NCBI GenBank assembly: GCA_964247135.1
Contig: CAXTTL010000133.1
Coordinates: 1-13,423, forward strand
Direction: 5' to 3'
Source: an uncultured Deinococcales bacterium
Lineage (GTDB): Bacteria > Deinococcota > Deinococci > Deinococcales > JAAFIG01
DNA length: 13,423 bases
In this document: in pieces, positions 1 to 7,027 of the stretch
How positions within the stretch are numbered: the stretch's first letter is position 1
Layout: each line of letters begins with the position of its first letter
Notes under the pieces: model-generated
Databases searched by the model: none
What the model saw: the letters and a program-made list of their open reading frames with translations, nothing else
Told to the model about the DNA's origin: nothing
Position numbers and translations under genes: made by a program

Positions 1-1415
1 AAAATAATCACGGGCAACGCCGAGAACACCGCACCCGCCAAAATCAAACCGTAGTCGCCGGTCGAACCGTAAAAACGGTTAAACGAGTTTAAGCCGATGG
101 GCAGGGTGTAAATGTCTTGAGGGTTGGCGAGCACCACCAACGCCCAGAAATACTCGTTCCAGGCGCCCTGCGCGGTGGTAATCACCAGTGCGCCCAGCGC
201 CGGTCCAGCCAGGGGCATGATCACGCGCCAAAAGGTTTGCGAGGTGGTGGCGCCGTCTATTTTGGCGCTTTCCTCGAGTTCGCGGGGCAGGGTTTCAAAA
301 AATTGCTTCATCAAAAACACCGCGCCCGCACCGACCAAACCAATCAACCACAAGCCGACGATGGAATTGAGCAAACTTTGTTGTCCCCAGAGTTTTGAAA
401 GTCCCCAAATGCCGTCTTTGAGCACCAGATAATTGCTGATGAACGTGACCTGCCCTGGGACGGTCATGGTGAAAATAACGAACACGAAAAATGCGTTTTT
501 GAACGGAAAATTCAATCGCGCCATCGCGTAACCCGCCATCGATGCCAGAACGATGGTGCTGGCAATTCGCAAGATCACGAACAAAAACGAATTGATGACC
601 CAATTGAAAAACAGGCTCTGACCCGTGGTGATCGAACGGGTTTCTTTAAACACCCGAGTGTAATTACGAAACACATAACCGATCACGCCAGGCGCAAGAT
701 TGTCATACGATTGCACCCGAGGGTAAGGGTACGGGCGGCTGGCAATTGGCGCGAAGATACGCTCGAGCCGCGTTGGGTCGAGGGTGGCGCTGGTGTAGAC
801 GTGCTCGTTCGGGCTGTTGATGTCCAGCGGCACGCGGTCCATGAAGGGAGCGGGTTTGCTGGGGTCGGTCACGTTTTTGGCGTCTTGCGGGTAATCGACC
901 GTGATTTGATAGGTCACTTTCTGCCCTGGTTTGCCGTCTGGCATACTGGCAGGTACGAGCGCGGTCTGTTTTAACGGCTCGAGTTTGGCGTAATCGGCGG
1001 CGTAATCGGTGGCGGCGAATGCGCCCGCACCCGCGCCGGCGCGGCGTTTGGGGATGGTCACTTCTGGGGCGGTCGGCGTGACGCCCTGGGGCACAAGGTA
1101 GGAGACATTAAAATTGATTTTCGCCCCAGGTTTGAACCCGCCCAGGAAACCGTCGCCACCGCCAGCCGTACCCAGTTGAAATGCCGAAACCCAGTTTGAG
1201 GGGCGCAGTTGTTCAAAGAAAATCCGTGGCGGGTACTCGTCGGGATTGGTTTTGAGGCTCGAGATGGTGCCCATCAACAACGGTCCGATAAAGACAAATG
1301 AGAACAGAATCAGCATGAAGTAAACCCAGCCGGCTCGCGCCCAACGTCGGCGTGCCAGCCAATTGGTGTCTGCTTTTGGATTGGGTTTCAAATTCATTGC
1401 GGCTGTGGCTTCCAT
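1..1415 (-). CDS. Carbohydrate ABC transporter permease (MalG-like, CUT1), 3' end truncated by window edge; carries a large extracytoplasmic insert
   Basis: Missing from the ORF track because no stop lies in the window. Hand translation from ATG 1415, 1 nt after the upstream permease stop, gives MEATAAMNLKPNPKADTNWLARRRWARAGWVYFMLILFSF...INSFLFVILRIASTIVLASMAGYAMARLNFPFK...FLMKQFFETLPRELEESAKIDGATTSQTFWRVIMPLAGPAL...AWNEYFWALVVL...LPIGL...ILAGAVFSALPVII. It has an EAA loop and is open to base 1. Confidence 0.93.
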   Translation of the reverse strand, partial: MEATAAMNLKPNPKADTNWLARRRWARAGWVYFMLILFSFVFIGPLLMGTISSLKTNPDEYPPRIFFEQLRPSNWVSAFQLGTAGGGDGFLGGFKPGAKINFNVSYLVPQGVTPTAPEVTIPKRRAGAGAGAFAATDYAADYAKLEPLKQTALVPASMPDGKPGQKVTYQITVDYPQDAKNVTDPSKPAPFMDRVPLDINSPNEHVYTSATLDPTRLERIFAPIASRPYPYPRVQSYDNLAPGVIGYVFRNYTRVFKETRSITTGQSLFFNWVINSFLFVILRIASTIVLASMAGYAMARLNFPFKNAFFVFVIFTMTVPGQVTFISNYLVLKDGIWGLSKLWGQQSLLNSIVGLWLIGLVGAGAVFLMKQFFETLPRELEESAKIDGATTSQTFWRVIMPLAGPALGALVITTAQGAWNEYFWALVVLANPQDIYTLPIGLNSFNRFYGSTGDYGLILAGAVFSALPVII

Positions 1416-1416
1416 G

Positions 1417-2556
1417 TCAGCTCCCCGTATCCGAAACCACAAAGCGTCGTTGAATCATGACCATGAGGGTGGTGATGACCGCCAAAAAAATCGCGCCAGC
1501 CGTGGCAAGCCCAATTTTGGGCAGTCCGCTCGGGTCAAAGGCTTTTTTGAAAACATAAAACGCCAATGTGACCGTGGACTCGAGCGGGGCGTTTGCGCCC
1601 TCAAAAATTGAGACCTGGTCAAACATTTGCAGTGTGCCGATCACGCCGACGGTCACGACATAAAAGGTGACCGGACGAAGCGCTGGAATGGTGATGTAAC
1701 GAAGTTGCTCTTGCGGGGTTGCGCCGTCAATGCTCGAGGCTTCGTACAAGCTTTTGGAAACGCCTTGCAAGCCTGCCAGGAAGAACAGCATGAGGGTTGG
1801 AATGGTGGTGAAGGTATTTTGAATGATGATAACCAGCAAGGGGTAGGGAATGATGCCCAAGAATTTTTCTCGGGTGGCGATCCAATTTAAGGGTTGCGCA
1901 GGTAGGTCGCCAACCCGAACAATATTGAGTGCGTTTAAAATCAATGTGATGACCAGTCCCACAAAGACCGACGTGAACAGAAAAGCTGGATCAAAAGCCG
2001 TGGCAGGATAACCTTTTGATCGGTCAAACACAACTTGTGCCGCCTGCAAAATTGCGGTAACCACCAAGAATGCCAAAATCAGGCTCGAATGATTGCTAAA
2101 CCAGTTGAGCACAAACGAAAAAATGCCGGTCGGTCTGAACAACCAAATAAAAATCAGGGTAATCACGACGCTCGAGGTGATTGAGGGCATGTAATAGGCG
2201 GTGCGGAAAAACAGCATTCCGCGAAGTTTTTGATTTAAAACCACCGCCAGCACCAGAGCGCCTATGGTTTGCAAGGTGGTGACAATGAGCGAAAACAATA
2301 AGGTATTTGCCAGTGCAATGTTAAAGAGTTGTTCGGTTAAAATATTCTTGTAATTGTCCAAGCCCACAAAATTGGGCGTTTTGAACAAGTCATAATCGGT
2401 AAAGCTGTAATAAATGGTGCGGATGAAGGCGTAACCGAAAAACACCACGATGGTAAATACAAACGGTGCCAGAAAACCGTAAGCCGCCAACGCCTCACGG
2501 TTTTTTTCGTTCCAGAAGGTTTTGGTTGGTTTGTTTTGGGAGCTTGCTTGTGCCAT
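1417..2556 (-). CDS. Carbohydrate ABC transporter permease (MalF-like, CUT1)
   Basis: 379 aa hydrophobic ORF with FVGLDNY, FFRTAYYMP and EAA loop LYEASSIDGA. SD-like GAGGGGAG lies just upstream of the ATG. Confidence 0.95.
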   Translation of the reverse strand: MAQASSQNKPTKTFWNEKNREALAAYGFLAPFVFTIVVFFGYAFIRTIYYSFTDYDLFKTPNFVGLDNYKNILTEQLFNIALANTLLFSLIVTTLQTIGALVLAVVLNQKLRGMLFFRTAYYMPSITSSVVITLIFIWLFRPTGIFSFVLNWFSNHSSLILAFLVVTAILQAAQVVFDRSKGYPATAFDPAFLFTSVFVGLVITLILNALNIVRVGDLPAQPLNWIATREKFLGIIPYPLLVIIIQNTFTTIPTLMLFFLAGLQGVSKSLYEASSIDGATPQEQLRYITIPALRPVTFYVVTVGVIGTLQMFDQVSIFEGANAPLESTVTLAFYVFKKAFDPSGLPKIGLATAGAIFLAVITTLMVMIQRRFVVSDTGS

Positions 2557-2656
2557 GATCTCCCCTCAATCTTTGCTGTGAAAGCCGCTCGAGACGAAAA
2601 AACTTGGTTCGAGCGCGAAATACAGTCTTAAACTCGAGTTTCAAACTTAAACTTTG

Positions 2657-2685
2657 GCTCGAGGCTGAGTGTTTCAGCCTCGAGC
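2657..2685. terminator. Perfect 12-bp stem hairpin just downstream of the solute-binding protein gene (mRNA-stabilising or attenuating element)
   Basis: GCTCGAGGCTGA-GTGTT-TCAGCCTCGAGC, 9 nt after the SBP stop. There is no clean U-tract on the minus strand, so it is more likely a stabiliser than an intrinsic terminator. Confidence 0.6.
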
Positions 2686-2694
2686 GCCTAGAAC

Positions 2695-3915
2695 TTACTT
2701 GATTTGGTCGATCTTGCCTTGAGCGCGTTTCAAAGCCTCATCGACGGTTGAGGTACCGTCCATCACGGATTTGAGCGCCTCATTGACCGCATCGGTGAAA
2801 ACCGGTGGTTGATTGAACGCCACCACATTGCCCGAAGATGCACCGCGAAAAACCGTGTTGTTGGCTTGCGGTTCGGCACCTGGTTTTTTGAAGTACGCGT
2901 TGGCTTGCAGTGACTTGCGGCTTGGCAGTGCCAAACCATTCTCGAGCACGTACTCTTGGGCGGCTTTGGAGGTCAGAAGATTAAGCACTTTGACGGCGGC
3001 ATCGGTGTTTTTGGTGCCTTTGTTGATCGCCCAGGCGACACTGAACAACAGGTTGCCGCGACGTTTGGTGGTGGGGTCGAGCGGAATCAAGCTTGTGCCG
3101 TATTGAAGGTTTGGCGCGTTGTCGCGCAAGAAACCGAGCGCCCAGGCGCCCTCGAAGGCGGTGGCGACTTTGCCAGACTTGATGCAGTCGCCGCCCCAAC
3201 CTGCCGAGATGGTTGAAGGCTGAACGGCAACTTTGGATTTAACCAAATCGGTGTAAAACTGGAACGCCCGCACGAAGCTGGGATCGGTGACTTTTTTGGT
3301 GGGCTTCCAACCCGTGCCGTAGGCGAACGCCGCAAACCTGGCGTAATCGGCTGGGAAACACGTGCCGTAATAGCCTGCGCCGAGCGCCTTTTGCACCTTG
3401 GCGAGCTTGTCCGAGAAGGTGTTCCAATCGTCTTTGTCGTTTGGATAAGCGACTTTTGCTTGGTCGAACAAATCTTTATTGTAATACGTGGCGAGCGTGT
3501 TGAAATCCTTGACGATGCCGTACAGTTTGCCGCCAAAAGTGTACGTTTGGTTGAGGCTCGAGATAAAGTCTGCGCTGCTGACCAAACCGTTCAAAGCCAG
3601 AACCTTACCGCTCGAGACCAGACCTTTGGCGGTGTTGTCTGGCAGGTAAAACACGTCGGGCGCTGTTCCAGCCGAGAGTTGATTGACGATGGCTTTGTCA
3701 TAATCGCCAATCGGCGTGTATTTCACGTCGATGCCGTCTTTGGCGAGTGCGGGTTTGAGAAATTTGTTGATCAAATCGTTGACCAAACCAGTGTCGGTCA
3801 CACCGTCACGACCACCGATCACGATGGTGGTGCCCGTTTGACCCGACACCAAACTCGAGCCTGCACCTGCGACCAGTAAACCAAAAGCTGCCAGTAGAGC
3901 GTATTTCTGTTTCAT
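2695..3915 (-). CDS. Carbohydrate ABC transporter solute-binding protein (family 1)
   Basis: Signal peptide MKQKYALLAAFGLLVAGAGSSLVSG, plus motifs AGTAPDVFY, YYNKDLFDQAKV, AFEGAW and AWAINKGTKN. Start placed at ATG 3915 (GGAGG 7 nt upstream) rather than 3921, which abuts the SD. Confidence 0.93.
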   Translation of the reverse strand: MKQKYALLAAFGLLVAGAGSSLVSGQTGTTIVIGGRDGVTDTGLVNDLINKFLKPALAKDGIDVKYTPIGDYDKAIVNQLSAGTAPDVFYLPDNTAKGLVSSGKVLALNGLVSSADFISSLNQTYTFGGKLYGIVKDFNTLATYYNKDLFDQAKVAYPNDKDDWNTFSDKLAKVQKALGAGYYGTCFPADYARFAAFAYGTGWKPTKKVTDPSFVRAFQFYTDLVKSKVAVQPSTISAGWGGDCIKSGKVATAFEGAWALGFLRDNAPNLQYGTSLIPLDPTTKRRGNLLFSVAWAINKGTKNTDAAVKVLNLLTSKAAQEYVLENGLALPSRKSLQANAYFKKPGAEPQANNTVFRGASSGNVVAFNQPPVFTDAVNEALKSVMDGTSTVDEALKRAQGKIDQIK

Positions 3916-3970
3916 GTTCATTCCTCCGTTGAGTGTGGGCGAATTGCCGAAGGTCGGATAAAAACTGCGT

Positions 3971-4018
3971 GAAGAGAATTGTGGTCTTAATTTGGAAGAG
4001 AATTGTGGTCTTAATTTG
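3971..4018. repeat. Perfect 24-bp tandem duplication spanning the lacI stop codon
   Basis: GAAGAGAATTGTGGTCTTAATTTG at 3971-3994 and 3995-4018. Confidence 0.95.
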
Positions 4019-5000
4019 TACGTGCTCCACTCGAGGCTCTGACAATCAATTTGACCGGCACGAGCGCACTCGAGACTTTTTTGCCTGCCATGCTTTCCAA
4101 GAGCATTTCGGCGGCGCGGATGCCAATGGTGCTGATATCTTGGCGCACGGTGCTGAGGGCTGGCTTAAATCCAGCCGCACTCGGCAGGTCATCAAAACCG
4201 GTTACGGAAACGTCCCAGGGAATTCTTAAACCCTCGTCCTCGAGCGCCATGATGGCGCCGAATGCCATTTCGTCGCTGGCGGCGGCAATCGCACTGAATT
4301 CGAGTTGGGCAGCCAGCGCACGGCGCACCGCGCGGTAGCCTCCGACTTCGGTGAATTCGCCGTCCCAGACAAGTAAATTGTCAAAAGGCAGTTGAGCCTC
4401 GAGCATTCCTTTGCGGTAGCCTTCGATCCGTTGCCGCGAGGCTTGACCCGTCGATGCGCCCGTCAAGTGCGCAATGCGCTTGTGACCCAGTTTGGTCAAA
4501 TGGCGCACCGCCTCAAACAAACCCGAGATGTTGTCCACGTCCACCCAGGGCGCCCTTTCGGCATGTTCCAAACTGTGCCCAACCATCACAAACGGCACGC
4601 CCCTCGCCTCGAGTTGATTTGGGCGCGAATCGTCGAGATGCACGCCGAGCAAAATCACGCCGTCCGATTCAGCCTCAAGCATGGCTGGGTCGTAACCCGA
4701 GAAAATTCTGGTGCTGTACCCCTCGCTCGAGAACCTGGACTCGAGTGCGTCGCGCAAAATGCCGTAATAGGTGTTGCCGCGCCGCTCGTCGCCGTCGAGG
4801 GACAAGCCGATCACATGCTTGCCGCGCCGCGCCAAGTTTCTGGCTCCTGGGTCGGGCACATAACCCAACTGCGTCATCACATCAAGGACACTGCTGCGGG
4901 TTTCACCATTGACCCCGTCTCGGGCGTTTAAAACCCTCGAGACGGTGCCTTTGGAGACACCGGCAGCGCGTGCAACTTCTTGGATCGTGACTTTCGCCAT
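4011..5000 (-). CDS. LacI/GalR-family transcriptional regulator
   Basis: N-terminal HTH MAKVTIQEVARAAGVSKGTVSRVLN, with HLTKLGHKRIAH and IPWDVSVTGFDD downstream. The true start is ATG 5000; the ORF-track extension to 5078 runs over the promoter. Confidence 0.96.
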   Translation of the reverse strand: MAKVTIQEVARAAGVSKGTVSRVLNARDGVNGETRSSVLDVMTQLGYVPDPGARNLARRGKHVIGLSLDGDERRGNTYYGILRDALESRFSSEGYSTRIFSGYDPAMLEAESDGVILLGVHLDDSRPNQLEARGVPFVMVGHSLEHAERAPWVDVDNISGLFEAVRHLTKLGHKRIAHLTGASTGQASRQRIEGYRKGMLEAQLPFDNLLVWDGEFTEVGGYRAVRRALAAQLEFSAIAAASDEMAFGAIMALEDEGLRIPWDVSVTGFDDLPSAAGFKPALSTVRQDISTIGIRAAEMLLESMAGKKVSSALVPVKLIVRASSGARTN

Positions 5001-5033
5001 GCGAAACCTTTCAGACTGTTTGATGGGTTTTTT

Positions 5034-5045
5034 GTAACCGGTTAC
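5034..5045. promoter_or_regulatory. LacI-type operator palindrome
   Basis: Perfect palindrome GTAACCGGTTAC with central CG, typical of LacI-family sites. It overlaps the predicted transcription start of the lacI-ABC operon. Confidence 0.8.
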
Positions 5046-5049
5046 GGAA

Positions 5050-5078
5050 ACTTTACTCCCCGGATTCTCAAACGTCAA
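5050..5078 (-). promoter_or_regulatory. Sigma70-type promoter of lacI-ABC operon
   Basis: TTGACG (5078-5073), 17 nt spacer, TAAAGT (5055-5050) on the minus strand, directly upstream of the operator. Confidence 0.75.
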
Positions 5079-5133
5079 GAGGAAATTTGAACAATTTCAG
5101 AACCGAAATCGGTTTCTGCTCCGAGCCAAGTCC

Positions 5134-5162
5134 TTCTCAGCGCGAGAAAACCCGAGTAGACT
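5134..5162 (+). promoter_or_regulatory. Putative promoter of riboswitch-purH
   Basis: TTCTCA (5134-5139), 17 nt spacer, TAGACT (5157-5162). The predicted TSS near 5168-5169 coincides with the 5' end of riboswitch P1. Confidence 0.5.
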
Positions 5163-5167
5163 AAAGC

Positions 5168-5241
5168 CGTTGAAGTGACTGGCGATAAACACGGGAAACC
5201 GTGGGGAAATTTCAACGCATCACAGATCGCTCGCCTGGGTC
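5168..5241 (+). ncRNA. ZMP/ZTP riboswitch (pfl motif) aptamer
   Basis: P1 CGTTGAA/TTCAACG, conserved GACTGGCG, P2 CACGG-GAAA-CCGTG followed by GGG, and P3 GATC-GCTCGCCTG-GGTC with CGCC able to pair with GGCG (pseudoknot). It lies upstream of purH, a canonical target. Confidence 0.92.
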
Positions 5242-5289
5242 GGACAACTCGAGAACATCAAATTCGCCCCTCGAGCCACCAGGAGATGT

Positions 5290-6798
5290 ATGAAGCGAGC
5301 ATTGTTAAGCGTGTCCGACAAAAACGGTCTTGAAGCCTTCGCCAAAGGTTTACTCGAGCAAGATTTTGAGCTGGTCAGCACGGGCGGAACGTTTAAAACC
5401 CTCCAGGCGGCTGGTTTGAACGTCACTTATATTTCCGATGTCACCGGTTTTCCAGAAATTCTCGAGGGGCGCGTCAAAACCCTCCACCCGAACGTCCACG
5501 GCGGCATTCTGGCAAAACGCAATCCCGAACACTTCAAAGAACTCGAGGCGCAAAACATCAAACCGATTGACTTGGTGTGCGTCAATTTGTACCCGTTTCG
5601 CGGAACGGTCGCCAAAGTCGATGTCACCCTTTCAGACGCGCTCGAGAACATTGACATCGGTGGTCCGACCATGATTCGCGCCGCCGCCAAAAACTTCCCG
5701 AGCGTCTGGGTTGTGGTTGACCCAAGCGATTACAGTTTGGTGCTCGAAAAACTGGAAAGTGACGATCAGACATTGCGCCAACGACTGGCGTTCAAAGCCT
5801 TCTCGCACACCGCCAGTTACGATGCCGCAATCACCGAATATCTGGGCGACAATGAACTTTTGCCAAGTGAAAAACCGCTCGAATTGAGCCGCGTCAAAAC
5901 CTTGCGTTACGGCGAAAACCCGCACCAGCAAGCCGCGCTGTACCGTCAAGGAAGCTCGAGCGGCGCGGTCTTGGATGCCAAAGTCTTGGCGGGCAAAGAG
6001 ATGGGCTTTAACAATTACGCCGATGCCGACGCCGCCTGGTTGCTGGTTTCAGAGTTCTCGGGTCCCGCCTGTGTTGCCGTCAAGCACGCCAACCCTTGCG
6101 GCGTGGCGCTTGCCGACAACGCCAAAACCGCCTGGGAACGGGCGCGAGATGCCGACACGCTCTCGGTCTTTGGCGGCGTGGTCGCACTCAATCAAGCCGT
6201 CACGCTCGAGGTTGCCATGTCCACCAAAGGCACGTTCTTGGAGGTTTTGATCGCGCCAAAAATTGAAGCCGACGCGCTCGAGTGGTTCAAAACCAAAAAA
6301 CCCGATTTGCGCGTGCTCGAGGCGGGAAGTGCCAAATTTGGCAACCTCGAGTTAAAACCGATCTCGGGTGGTTTCCTGGCGCAAGACCGCGATGCCAGGG
6401 TTTGGTCGGATTTATGCCCCGAAGTCGTAACCAACCTACAACCCACCAAACAACAATGGCTCGACCTCGAGTTTGCCTGGTACGTCGGCAAGCACGCCCG
6501 CAGCAACAACGTGGTGCTGGCAAAAGACGGCGTGACCGTCGGTTTGGGGGCGGGGGCAGTCTCGAGAATCTGGGCTGCCGAGCGAGCCATCTTGAACGCA
6601 GCAGACCGCGCCATTGGTGCCGTGCTCTCGAGCGAGGCGTTTTTTCCATTTGACGATGTGGTGCGGGTTGCCGCCGCCGCAGGCGTCAAAGCCATCATTC
6701 AACCTGGCGGCGCGAAACGCGATCCCGAGGTGATTGCTGCCGCGAACGAACTGGGCATTGCGATGGTGTTGACAGGCTCGAGACACTTTAAGCATTAA
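5290..6798 (+). CDS. purH: Bifunctional AICAR transformylase / IMP cyclohydrolase
   Basis: MKRALLSVSDK, STGGT, GRVKTLHP, ENIDIGGPTMIRAAAKN, LRYGENPHQ, VKHANPCG, AFFPFDD, IIQPGG and C-terminal RHFKH. SD AGGAG at 5281-5285. Confidence 0.98.
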   Translation: MKRALLSVSDKNGLEAFAKGLLEQDFELVSTGGTFKTLQAAGLNVTYISDVTGFPEILEGRVKTLHPNVHGGILAKRNPEHFKELEAQNIKPIDLVCVNLYPFRGTVAKVDVTLSDALENIDIGGPTMIRAAAKNFPSVWVVVDPSDYSLVLEKLESDDQTLRQRLAFKAFSHTASYDAAITEYLGDNELLPSEKPLELSRVKTLRYGENPHQQAALYRQGSSSGAVLDAKVLAGKEMGFNNYADADAAWLLVSEFSGPACVAVKHANPCGVALADNAKTAWERARDADTLSVFGGVVALNQAVTLEVAMSTKGTFLEVLIAPKIEADALEWFKTKKPDLRVLEAGSAKFGNLELKPISGGFLAQDRDARVWSDLCPEVVTNLQPTKQQWLDLEFAWYVGKHARSNNVVLAKDGVTVGLGAGAVSRIWAAERAILNAADRAIGAVLSSEAFFPFDDVVRVAAAAGVKAIIQPGGAKRDPEVIAAANELGIAMVLTGSRHFKH

Positions 6799-6820
6799 AA
6801 AAAGGGCTAAAAATAACGTG

Positions 6821-6847
6821 AGGCTCAAGTTTTAACCACTCGAGCCT
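6821..6847 (+). terminator. Probable purH terminator hairpin
   Basis: AGGCTCAAGT-TTTAACC-ACTCGAGCCT (9/10 pairs) followed by TATGGTTTTT. Confidence 0.5.
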
Positions 6848-6857
6848 TATGGTTTTT

Positions 6858-6947
6858 GCGTATCGCCTGTGGCATGGACACGCGGTAAAATCACACCAGA
6901 AAAATTGCCTTCAATCCAGCTCAAGCGCAGTGGCGATGCGCCGCTAC
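6858..6947. repeat. Degenerate GTAG-type REP-like inverted repeat
   Basis: GCGTATCGCC (6858-6867) pairs with GGCGATGCGC (6932-6941). The right end reads GTAGCGGCGCATCGCCACTGCGC on the minus strand. Confidence 0.35.
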
Positions 6948-7027
6948 AGAACAACGATTTTGAAATTTGAGACTCGGGCTTTTGATTTCATGATTGGTTT
7001 GCATAAAAATGCTATGCCAATTGTTTT

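Noticed and set aside
987-1010. 12-bp tandem repeat GGCGTAATCGGC/T
   Set aside because: In-frame TDYA-ADYA duplication within the permease insert; too short to interpret.
3971-4018. CRISPR array
   Set aside because: Only two abutting copies, no spacers and no cas genes.
5001-5078. N-terminal extension of LacI in the ORF track
   Set aside because: It overlaps the operator and promoter (the TTG is the -35 box), and the HTH begins at ATG 5000.
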